From: a bacterium
GTDB lineage: Bacteria; Bacillota; Clostridia; Oscillospirales; CAG-272
Assembly (NCBI GenBank): GCA_963627065.1
Contig: CAVGAA010000004.1
Coordinates: 1,147 to 65,146 of the forward strand
Direction: 5' to 3'
Length of the DNA stretch: 64,000 nt
This document shows positions 40,167-48,639 of this stretch, piece by piece. Position 1 is the first letter of the stretch; every line of letters begins with the position of its first letter. Position numbers and translations under genes: made by a program. Under the pieces are notes generated by a model. That model was given only the letters and a program-made list of their open reading frames with translations. It ran no database searches and was not told the origin of the DNA.

Positions 40167-42251
40167 TTACGGAACAAGGATTTGCCCGTCCCATATCACA
40201 TTTTTCGTGTAAGTTTTATCCAAAATTGTAACATCCGAAGCTGAAATTGCGATGCCGTCTTTCGTAATATTTTTGAATGTAATATTTTCCGTTGTATGCA
40301 AATCATCAAATCCGCCAATGCTGATCGTACCCAAATCGATACCGACGAGCGAAATGTTTTCAAATGTCACATCCCGTATCTGTCCACGTTCGGTGTCTTT
40401 GGAATATTGTGATTCTCTGATATAAATCTCCACAAACTTTTTATAGCAGTCTTCCACTCGAATATTGCGATAATGTATATCCGACACGGTGGCGTGATCG
40501 CCCAAATGAATGCTGAACAGCGAACCGCCCAAAATGTGAATGATGTCGTTATCTTCAAAGACAATGTCGGTAATTTTGTCCCCTCTCGTTTCAAATCCGA
40601 TTTCCAGTGCATTGCCGTAGACATCGTTAAAAAGAATGTTTCCGATTACGCGGATGTGTTCGACATCCATTCCTTCATAGGACTTGATTGCGATGCAGTC
40701 ATCGTTATTTTTGAGATAGCATCCCGTGACCGTGACGTTTTTACTCCCGACAATGTCAACGCCGTCACTGTTCATTTCTGTTCCGACGATATTCATATTT
40801 TGCACGATACATTCGGAACTGTTCTCGAATTTGATCATCCATTTGCGAGGACCTATCAGAGAAAAATCTTTGAGTGTCACATTTTTGCAGTTCACGAAAG
40901 TCAGCATATTCGTGTCCACGTCAAACGGGAATGTGTCGATAACGCCATATCCCATAATTGTTATATTCGATACATTTTCTGCCGACAGTCTTGCGTGAAG
41001 TCTTGCCCCCTGTGCCAAGTAGATTATCTGTCCGCTTGTCAATTTCAATTCTTCGGCAATCGTATATTCACCTGCGGGAAAGTAGAGCGTATTTGCACCG
41101 AGTGCAGTTACATCCGCCGTATCGTGTGCATAAAGAAACAGTTGCACCGAGTCGGAATAGGAACCGTCAAATTCCACCGAAAGTTTTTTCGGAAATTCGT
41201 CAACGGTGATTTTAACCTCTTTTCCGTCGCTTATATAATCCTGATTTTCATTGAGCGGTCGGATTTTCACGCTTTGATGCGTATGTTTGATGACAATTTC
41301 CATACTTTTCTGCTCGACGCTTCCACAGGATGCGACAATAAGGTTTCCGGCGGACGAACGGAAAGTTTTTTGCTCAATGCCGTCGATATAGACCTTCATA
41401 CCGACAGTAGATGCCGTGGCGGTTGCGGTAACATAGGAGATATTCCGATATTGCAGAACCGTCACACCGTTGCAAACAATTTCCAAGCGGTTGACATTTT
41501 CCCGCGGTGACATTTGTGCCTGCCAGTTTCCGGCGATATCAACCGTCGCATCGGTTTGGCATAGAAGATCTTCACCGTCATATTGCAGAACCGACACTGT
41601 ACTTTTCTGCGGTGCTATGCCGAAAACGATCGTGTCCCCCATAAGTTTCATACCGTCAGCAAGATAAGTTTGCAGTTTGAACGCGTCAAAACGGTTGATA
41701 TTTTTGTCCTGCAAGGCACTCGCAAAAGTATTTTTGACCTCTTTTGCGGATTTTGCATAGCAAATTTCGACGAGAAGAGATTCCAAAGCATTTTTCAGTT
41801 CTGCACGGCTTCCGTAGGCGAGATATATTTTTTTGTCAACTACCCCAATCCGATAAGCATCCACCGACGGCGAAGCGTCACTCCCCGATCGTTCGGTCAA
41901 ACCGACAATGATTTCGGTTACCTTTTCCGGATAAATGCGTGCATCGTCCGTCACGATTTTCACATCGTATGAGGTAAGTTTTGAGAGCGATTGTCGAAAA
42001 CTCAAAAGAATTTTTACCTCGACGTCACTTGCCTTTTCGGAACGCACCAATTGGTAATCGTTTGGATTTTCCGCAAGCAAGGATGCAATTTCACTTGCAA
42101 GTTCAGAGGAAATTTCTTCACTTTCGGTCATTTTTTCGGTAGTCTGTTTGCCGGTTTGAATCGCCCCATTGCAACCGATGGACGAAAGCAACAAAGAAAT
42201 CAACAGAATCCATAGAAACAGATTTTTCTTCAATCTATTTTCCTTTCTCAA
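40167..42251 (-). CDS. Lipoprotein with a right-handed beta-helix glycoside hydrolase domain (GH28-like)
   Basis: 694 aa. The lipobox is LSSIGC. The catalytic-region motif is NSDGVDIVGSKNVTVTGCYLKNNDDCIAIKS. Confidence 0.6.
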   Translation of the reverse strand: MRKENRLKKNLFLWILLISLLLSSIGCNGAIQTGKQTTEKMTESEEISSELASEIASLLAENPNDYQLVRSEKASDVEVKILLSFRQSLSKLTSYDVKIVTDDARIYPEKVTEIIVGLTERSGSDASPSVDAYRIGVVDKKIYLAYGSRAELKNALESLLVEICYAKSAKEVKNTFASALQDKNINRFDAFKLQTYLADGMKLMGDTIVFGIAPQKSTVSVLQYDGEDLLCQTDATVDIAGNWQAQMSPRENVNRLEIVCNGVTVLQYRNISYVTATATASTVGMKVYIDGIEQKTFRSSAGNLIVASCGSVEQKSMEIVIKHTHQSVKIRPLNENQDYISDGKEVKITVDEFPKKLSVEFDGSYSDSVQLFLYAHDTADVTALGANTLYFPAGEYTIAEELKLTSGQIIYLAQGARLHARLSAENVSNITIMGYGVIDTFPFDVDTNMLTFVNCKNVTLKDFSLIGPRKWMIKFENSSECIVQNMNIVGTEMNSDGVDIVGSKNVTVTGCYLKNNDDCIAIKSYEGMDVEHIRVIGNILFNDVYGNALEIGFETRGDKITDIVFEDNDIIHILGGSLFSIHLGDHATVSDIHYRNIRVEDCYKKFVEIYIRESQYSKDTERGQIRDVTFENISLVGIDLGTISIGGFDDLHTTENITFKNITKDGIAISASDVTILDKTYTKNVIWDGQILVP

Positions 42252-43485
42252 AGGTAATATCCTTTGTCCGCTCGCAAATCATTCGGCAGTCGAGTGGTGA
42301 CAAAATTGGTTTTCCGTATGCGGTAATGCCGACAAAACGCACATTCCGAACAAGGTGATCATCGGGGGTATATCCGCTTAAAATGGACGGTGGAAATGCT
42401 CCGGACACAATCGCAACACGCTCAACCAAAATATTCTCGACCGAACCTCTTTCATCATCTTTTGAATAATTCGACCGCAACACCTTAAAATCAAAGAGTT
42501 TGTCATAGGAGTCTTCCACACGAATGTCACGGTAGATAATATCGTGAATTTTCGCTCGGTCACCGTTGTGAATAGTAATACTACCGCCGGACTGCCATCC
42601 CTCATGCTCACAGTGAATCAAATCAATGTCTTCAAATACGATATCGGAAATTTCATCGCATCTTGTTTCGAAACCGATCTCCATACCGTTCCCCGGGTGT
42701 CCATTCCACAACACGCAATGTTTGACCGTCACATTGTACACATCTTGCATACCGGATGCATGACTGTACCCTGCCGCTTTGATTGCAACACAATCATCCG
42801 CCGTACGAATAAAACAATTTTGAACGGTTACATTTTGAGAACCGACAATGTCAACACCGTCTCCCGTACAACGCCAACCGATGATATTGATACCGTCTGC
42901 GGTTATATTTTCGCAACCCGTGAAAACGCAACACCAGCCGTAAGAACCTGTAATCGTAATATCACGCATCGTGATATTTTTCGATTCGATAAAGTGGAAC
43001 GGTTTGCGAACACTGCTTCCGCATTCATCTACATCGAGGATACCCCGACCGCAAACGGTCACGTTTTTGCAATAGATTGCCTCAACGGGTATATGGAGAA
43101 TTGCCCCCTCCTCGAGATAGAGCGTGTCGCCTGAATGCAATTCTATTTTGTCACCACGATGTTCACCTTTTGCATAGACCCGAATGTTCTTGCCCTCCGG
43201 CTTCTTCTCCGGTTCGTAGAGGAAAAGGAAGAGCGGAAGTTCTTCATTATCTGTAAATTCAAGGCTGATTTTAGACGGTATCTCGACATCAAAAAGGACT
43301 TTCCCGTTCTCGTTTCTGCAATTGATTTTAGCAGATAACGGTTTGATTTTTGCATTGCCGATTTTTTCGTCCGGCAGAACCTCTACCGACACTTTGTCAC
43401 ACTTTTCGAAGGCTGAATAAATGACATACCGGCAAATCGGTGTTTCGAAAACCTCGCAGTTTTTTCCGTCAATCAAAACATTCAT
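42235..43485 (-). CDS. Cytoplasmic GH28-like glycoside hydrolase
   Basis: 416 aa with no signal peptide. Motifs seen are TGDGVDIVGSQNVTVQNCFIRTADDCVAIKA and NGHPGNGMEIG. Confidence 0.6.
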   Translation of the reverse strand: MNVLIDGKNCEVFETPICRYVIYSAFEKCDKVSVEVLPDEKIGNAKIKPLSAKINCRNENGKVLFDVEIPSKISLEFTDNEELPLFLFLYEPEKKPEGKNIRVYAKGEHRGDKIELHSGDTLYLEEGAILHIPVEAIYCKNVTVCGRGILDVDECGSSVRKPFHFIESKNITMRDITITGSYGWCCVFTGCENITADGINIIGWRCTGDGVDIVGSQNVTVQNCFIRTADDCVAIKAAGYSHASGMQDVYNVTVKHCVLWNGHPGNGMEIGFETRCDEISDIVFEDIDLIHCEHEGWQSGGSITIHNGDRAKIHDIIYRDIRVEDSYDKLFDFKVLRSNYSKDDERGSVENILVERVAIVSGAFPPSILSGYTPDDHLVRNVRFVGITAYGKPILSPLDCRMICERTKDITFEKGK

Positions 43486-45308
43486 TCGGCATCTCTCGCT
43501 TTTGTATGGGTCACTTTTGAATAGATAATATCATCTACCGCCCATTCACCTGTATTGTAACGGCAGATACGGAAATGGTCGATATAAGCGACATTGTCGG
43601 TAATTGCAAACGTTGCGACTTTTGTCCCGTTCAGGTAGACATCCGCAGAGGTGAAGAGTTTCGATTCGCTGTCATAGCAGAACTCAACGTCAAGAGACGA
43701 AAAATCACCGACCGTCAAAATTCCGACTTCATTTCCGTCAATCAGTAATTTGCAGTTCTTCACAACGATCTTTTGATTCACCCATGAACCGTTATGGAAT
43801 CTGAAATCAATGAGATGCGTTGAAGAATAATTCTCGGTCATGGGCTTGATTTTCATAGACAGCATCACATTCTGTTTCAATTTTGGAAAGCCTTCGACAT
43901 TGAAATACTGCATATCGAAAAACGCACTCGACTTTGTCGATTTGCACAGCAATACCCCATCAGAGATTTGACAATCTAATCCGTCCAAAGCCACAAAGCC
44001 TTTCGCAGTATTGACATCTGCGGATTTTGTACCCGTATTAACCGTTTCCGTTGTATCGAAATGCTCCTCGTAAAGCGTTTCTACCGTTCTTACATCGGTT
44101 TCTGTTTCGGTCTTTGTCTCGAACACGTTTTTTGTATTGATAAATGCCAGCAGTTTTTCGGATGCCATTTGATGAGCTTCTGCCGATGGGTGACCGTTGG
44201 CGGCATCTCTGTTCTTATTCAACTCGCAAAGATACAGTCCTTTTGCATCTCCGCCGAGTTCGGCTATCACATCGGAAATCCAATCGTAGCAACCGTCATT
44301 CATCATATTGTAGCACCAGACGATAGGCACATTTTCTCCGTTGTGCGTGCGGATCTTTTCAATTAAATCTTCCACGGCGGACTTGAATTCGCTCTCCGTT
44401 CCGATTCCTTTGGCAAGGTAAGTTTGGTCATTCGTACCGAGATTGATAACAATGAGATTTGGTTTTCTTTCGAAGCCGTACGCCTTTTCTTTGTCACGCA
44501 GATAGGAAGTTTTTTCGTAAATGTCGCCAATACAATAGGATGTGAATCCGTTTTTCATGCCGATTCCGCTGACAGACACAATCGAATAATCTGCATTCAT
44601 TGCGTATGCCGTCAGATACGGGTATGCAAGCGTACCGTCCTCATATAATGCACTCCCGGGATTTGATGCATTTTCCGTATAGTTGTAATTTCCGTAACCA
44701 CAGGAAATACTGTCGCCGATAAATTCGATATATAAATTGTTGTCTTCAGGCTTTTCTCCAATCTCACCTGCAAAAATAAGCGAGTTCAGAACGCAAATTG
44801 ACTCTTGTGCCTCTGTCTGCTTGACGACACGAACCATGTGCAACCCGTCCGTTGCAAGATTGCAGAGTTCCACCGTTCCGCTACCGGATGAAACTTTCAC
44901 TCTCGTTTTTTCTCTGACACCGTCAACAAAAATCGTAAAGTAGGTTTCGGCGGATGCGTTGAGTTTCATTTTCAATGTTCCGCTACCAATAAGATTCACT
45001 TCAAAGCCCGATGCCGTCCAGTCGCAAGTCACGCCTGCCGAAACCACGTCACAGCGACCGTAAAGTTTAATGCGGTCAATGTTTTCGCTAAACAGATAGT
45101 TTTTATCTTCCACTGTCTGCTTTTCTCCGGTTGTCGTTTTTTCTTCGTCCGTTTTCTTTTCCGTTTCGATGTCCTTTGCGGTTTCGATTGTTTCTTCGCT
45201 TTGCGAGGTGTCAATCGGCATTTGCTTTTTTCCGTCGCAGGATACGGCAAACGGAAGACAAAGGATAAGGCACAGCAGTAATGCCGACAGTTTTTGAATT
45301 GCATTCAT
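43482..45308 (-). CDS. Lipoprotein SGNH/GDSL esterase (CE2-like) with a C-terminal beta-sandwich-like module
   Basis: About 608 aa from the ATG at 45308, which has an AAAGGAG RBS. The lipobox is FAVSC. SGNH blocks are FIGDSISCGYG and NLGTNDQ. The last ~200 aa resemble the repeated module of the next gene. Confidence 0.6.
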   Translation of the reverse strand: MNAIQKLSALLLCLILCLPFAVSCDGKKQMPIDTSQSEETIETAKDIETEKKTDEEKTTTGEKQTVEDKNYLFSENIDRIKLYGRCDVVSAGVTCDWTASGFEVNLIGSGTLKMKLNASAETYFTIFVDGVREKTRVKVSSGSGTVELCNLATDGLHMVRVVKQTEAQESICVLNSLIFAGEIGEKPEDNNLYIEFIGDSISCGYGNYNYTENASNPGSALYEDGTLAYPYLTAYAMNADYSIVSVSGIGMKNGFTSYCIGDIYEKTSYLRDKEKAYGFERKPNLIVINLGTNDQTYLAKGIGTESEFKSAVEDLIEKIRTHNGENVPIVWCYNMMNDGCYDWISDVIAELGGDAKGLYLCELNKNRDAANGHPSAEAHQMASEKLLAFINTKNVFETKTETETDVRTVETLYEEHFDTTETVNTGTKSADVNTAKGFVALDGLDCQISDGVLLCKSTKSSAFFDMQYFNVEGFPKLKQNVMLSMKIKPMTENYSSTHLIDFRFHNGSWVNQKIVVKNCKLLIDGNEVGILTVGDFSSLDVEFCYDSESKLFTSADVYLNGTKVATFAITDNVAYIDHFRICRYNTGEWAVDDIIYSKVTHTKARDAE

Positions 45309-45368
45309 AATATTTTCTCCTTTCACTCCGACAAACAAAATCGGAATGGCTTATACGGTCGGAATTTT

Positions 45369-45509
45369 TTATGGTTGCGTTTTATTCAGATTGATGATAG
45401 AGAAATAATCTTCCGTGTCCCCGACACCGGCACTTTGATTGGAAAGTGTGCAAATGTCATCACTGTCGAATTGCAGAAATTCAATTTTGGGTTGTAAATA
45501 TGCTTTCAT
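45369..45509 (-). CDS. Possible 46-aa small ORF between two operon genes
   Basis: Hand translation gives MKAYLQPKIEFLQFDSDDICTLSNQSAGVGDTEDYFSIINLNKTQP. An AAAGGA RBS lies 7 nt upstream. The ORF sits 24 nt after the upstream stop and ends 60 nt before the next start. It falls below the ORF-track length cut-off. Confidence 0.25.
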   Translation of the reverse strand: MKAYLQPKIEFLQFDSDDICTLSNQSAGVGDTEDYFSIINLNKTQP

Positions 45510-45533
45510 ATTTTAATCCTTTCCGACACTTTG

Positions 45534-47258
45534 TCAATTCGTGGAGGCAGACAGTTCAAAACTGCCGATGTTGCTAACCGATTTCCCGTTTAGTTCATAA
45601 TAAGACTGCACCGTAAACTTGTGGAGTGTACCTTGCGGGATTCCGCAAATAGTCAGGGCGATAAGTTTATTTCCGTTGCTTGCAGTGACATTTTGCACTT
45701 CATTGTGTCCGTCACGGGCGATAATCGAATCGTAGCAGGCAGTAACATCCCGAGTTAAAGAATAGGTGTTATTGCCAACCGTCATCGTGATAAGCAGTCC
45801 TGCTTTTGTAATTTCCGCAATCTTGTCCGCCGGAATTTCGGCAACTATACGCAGATCGTAAACCTGCGAGGTTGTGCCGTCCGTTGTCTTTTCATAAGCA
45901 TCGGTGCATTGATAGCCCAAGAGTGCCGTTGTCGTACCGTTGATATATTCGCCGATACGGATTTTCAAATCCTTGAATGCATAATCGACATTCGCATATC
46001 GCAGAAAGCGGAATCCGTAAAGTCCCGTAACGTTCAATGAAGAAATATCACAGGTTCCGATCTCTTTTCCGCCGACATACAAAGTCATCACCGTAAACTT
46101 CGTTCCGTCATAGCGAAAAGCCACATCTATTGTCGTGAAGTTATCGGTCGGGAGAACTTCGGACCAAGCATATTGCGATTTTTCGGTGCTTGTCGCAATG
46201 CCGATTTTACCTTGCTTTGCCTGAATGAATTTTTCAAATTCCACCAATTTGTTGCATCCGAAGCATACAAAATGCTCTGTTCCGAAAGTCATACTGCTCG
46301 GCTTGAATTTCATGGAGAAAGTCACCGTTTCGGCAAGTGCCTTTTTTTGAAGGCAATCCCTGAATACAAAATCAAAAAAACCGAATTCGTTGTTTGTAAA
46401 ATTTTCCTTTGCGACATTCGCCACACCATCCGTGATCGGCACGGCTCCGTTGTTACTGCTTCCGCCGAAATTCAAGGCTCTGAGATATTCATTGACCGCA
46501 AGCGTATTTCCGATTTCCGTCATGGCAGACAACGGCTTTGCGAAATAATAACGACCGCTTTTTTCACTGACCGTTAAGCCCTTCGCAATCCACCATTCAT
46601 CGACACGATAGGTCGCCACGGCATAAAGATTAAAGCAACGCAGAATATTCAACCGATATGCCGATTTGTTCGTCAGTTCTTTTTCGGAGACTTTTTCACC
46701 GTTCAAAAACAGAATTACACGGTTATAGTAACTGTTTTCGCTGTCATAAACCAATTGCAAATCGATGTCGGCATAATCCCCCGTAGCAGTGAACAGACCG
46801 CTACCACTGACTTCTTTCAGACTGACCTCCCCTGCTTTGTAAAGCACATTGGCATCCCAAGTGCTCAAATTATTACCCGTCGAATCGCCGAATTTGACCG
46901 ATATAAAAGCATTATTACCGAAAGACAGCATCAGGTCATCCGGTTTGAAACGCAAATGCACGGTTACCGTTTCTTTGATAATCGGTTTTGTCGACATGGC
47001 ACTTGCCTGCCAGTCAATGAAATTTTGAGTATTCGATGGCGTTGTGTAGACCATTGCACCGTCTGCAAACGATACACCGCTTGCATCTTTGAAGTTAAAG
47101 CCTTTTCCGCTTGTATAATCCGTCAGTGCCTCATTAAAGTCCTGATACCAGATGTACTCGGTTGTTGCCGTGTCGGTCGCCGATGCCGTCATAGGAAGAA
47201 TTGCCACAGATAGCATCAGAAGGACCAGTAAGAAAGAAATTGTTCTTTGTCTTTTCAT
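45534..47258 (-). CDS. Secreted protein with two copies of an uncharacterised beta-sandwich (LamG-like?) module
   Basis: 574 aa. The signal peptide is MKRQRTISFLLVLLMLSVAILPMTASA. Two internal modules share the pattern ..V.(F/L).(M/R)(K/F)KP......F..........D(I/V)(D/A)........(L/V)(F/Y)(L/V).G.(K/E)(V/I). Confidence 0.5.
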   Translation of the reverse strand: MKRQRTISFLLVLLMLSVAILPMTASATDTATTEYIWYQDFNEALTDYTSGKGFNFKDASGVSFADGAMVYTTPSNTQNFIDWQASAMSTKPIIKETVTVHLRFKPDDLMLSFGNNAFISVKFGDSTGNNLSTWDANVLYKAGEVSLKEVSGSGLFTATGDYADIDLQLVYDSENSYYNRVILFLNGEKVSEKELTNKSAYRLNILRCFNLYAVATYRVDEWWIAKGLTVSEKSGRYYFAKPLSAMTEIGNTLAVNEYLRALNFGGSSNNGAVPITDGVANVAKENFTNNEFGFFDFVFRDCLQKKALAETVTFSMKFKPSSMTFGTEHFVCFGCNKLVEFEKFIQAKQGKIGIATSTEKSQYAWSEVLPTDNFTTIDVAFRYDGTKFTVMTLYVGGKEIGTCDISSLNVTGLYGFRFLRYANVDYAFKDLKIRIGEYINGTTTALLGYQCTDAYEKTTDGTTSQVYDLRIVAEIPADKIAEITKAGLLITMTVGNNTYSLTRDVTACYDSIIARDGHNEVQNVTASNGNKLIALTICGIPQGTLHKFTVQSYYELNGKSVSNIGSFELSASTN

Positions 47259-47402
47259 TGCTTTTGCTCCTTTTTTGATTTTTTGTCGGCTTTTTCAGCC
47301 TCACCTATATTAAATCACATTTTTTTCGATTTGTCAAACACGAAAAACTGAAAAAGGTACATAAAATAAACCTTTTCGACTAAAAATCGAATTTTCTCCG
47401 TT

Positions 47403-47433
47403 TTGCACAAATTTTGAGCGATTTTTTGTGCAT
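47403..47433. promoter_or_regulatory. Inverted repeat TTGCACAA-N15-TTGTGCAt upstream of the AraC gene promoter
   Basis: TTGCACAA at 47403-47410 and TTGTGCAT at 47426-47433, a 7/8 match to the reverse complement. It is the twin of the element at 1951-1981. Confidence 0.45.
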
Positions 47434-47439
47434 ATTGAC

Positions 47440-47454
47440 AAAAAAAAAAAAAAA
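47440..47454. repeat. Homopolymeric A15 tract, 14 nt upstream of the -35 box
   Basis: 15 consecutive A by my count. Confidence 0.8.
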
Positions 47455-47468
47455 TAAAAGCTTTTCTG

Positions 47469-47497
47469 TTGACTTTTGCTAATCGTTGTGCTAAAAT
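47469..47497 (+). promoter_or_regulatory. Putative sigma-A promoter of the AraC-family gene
   Basis: TTGACT (47469-47474), a 17-nt spacer, and an extended -10 of TGcTAAAAT (47489-47497). Confidence 0.5.
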
Positions 47498-47573
47498 ATA
47501 AAAAGTAATACCGGAAAACTTTCGTTTTTTATTTCATCAACCATCAGATAAAGGTTCGTTTTTGTAAGGGGGA

Positions 47574-48458
47574 GTGATTTTGAAACAGTATCAATTCTAC
47601 CGTGAATATTACTATGACGAAGATTTGTGGTTTATCAATCCGCTCCCGAAAAATAGCATTCTCAATATCGAATTGGCCGGCACATCTTTTCCCGATCCGC
47701 TCTACCATATCAAAAGGGGCGCAGAGTGGGATTTTTATGTAATTGAATATGTCCGCCGTGGCATAGGTTATATCGTCTGCGGAAAGCAAAAATATACCGT
47801 CCACGCAGGCGATACCTATATCATCAAACGCATGACGGATCACGAATATTGGTCCGATCCGAATCAACCGATGGATAAAGTTTGGATCAATGTTTCCGGC
47901 GATCTGGTCAGACACCTGACCGAAGTTTTTTATCTCCGTGACGATGTCATCGTCAGCCATACAGACCTTAACGAATCATTTGCTCAAATCAAAAATCTGC
48001 TTTTGAAAAACGGTAAAACCGAAGAATTGGCACAAATTATCCTGCAAATGTTCTTCAAAATTTCGGAATCCGTGTCGATCAAAACAGATATTCAACTTTC
48101 CATAGCGGACAAAATTCGGCTTTATATCGATAACCACCCGCAATTGAACCTGACCACCGACGATGTTGCAAAACATTTCGGCATCACCACAATTTATGCC
48201 ACGAGAGTTTTCAAGGCAAGCTATCAAATGACAGTCGGTCAGTATATCAGGCTGTCGGTGATTTCCGCAGCCGCACAAATGTTGAGACTTTCAGATCTCA
48301 CCGTCGGCGAAGTGTCCGATAATTTCGGTTTCTGTAACGATAACTATTTTGCCTATCAATTCAAACGTTTTTTCGGAGTTTCACCCAAGCAGTATCAACT
48401 TGAAAGCAAGCGGAAGGGGGACTGCAGTCTGCCGGTCAATTTCGGAAAATATGAATAA
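47574..48458 (+). CDS. AraC-family transcriptional regulator (cupin-like N-terminus plus HTH)
   Basis: 294 aa with a GTG start after an AAGGGGGAG RBS. The C-terminal AraC HTH reads LTVGEVSDNFGFCNDNYFAYQFKRFFGVSPKQY. Confidence 0.8.
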   Translation: MILKQYQFYREYYYDEDLWFINPLPKNSILNIELAGTSFPDPLYHIKRGAEWDFYVIEYVRRGIGYIVCGKQKYTVHAGDTYIIKRMTDHEYWSDPNQPMDKVWINVSGDLVRHLTEVFYLRDDVIVSHTDLNESFAQIKNLLLKNGKTEELAQIILQMFFKISESVSIKTDIQLSIADKIRLYIDNHPQLNLTTDDVAKHFGITTIYATRVFKASYQMTVGQYIRLSVISAAAQMLRLSDLTVGEVSDNFGFCNDNYFAYQFKRFFGVSPKQYQLESKRKGDCSLPVNFGKYE

Positions 48459-48496
48459 TTTTTTTGCGATTTTCCTCTGAAAATCATCAAAACATC

Positions 48497-48525
48497 TTGA
48501 CAAATCCGCTTGTTGCATATATAAT
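48497..48525 (+). promoter_or_regulatory. Putative sigma-A promoter of copA
   Basis: TTGACA (48497-48502), a 17-nt spacer, then TATAAT (48520-48525). Confidence 0.55.
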
Positions 48526-48639
48526 TATAGTGTATGATTAGTCAAGACTAACTCTTAAATTTTCTTCAAAGAAAATTCTAACCGGAGTTTGGGACAGTAT
48601 CCTAAGGTCTTCACTCATCACTCGTAAAGGAGGTATCGA

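Noticed and set aside
40473-41510. 345-aa plus-strand ORF within the GH28 lipoprotein gene. Similar antisense ORFs lie at 538-1242, 4153-4809, 4846-5571, 6184-7119, 7904-8671, 9375-10073, 10659-11375, 18871-19791, 19978-20646, 29649-30338, 31474-32169, 46755-47213 and 52514-53212.
   Set aside because: All of them overlap, on the opposite strand, genes with clear family signatures. None has a recognisable domain or RBS. They were treated as shadow ORFs.
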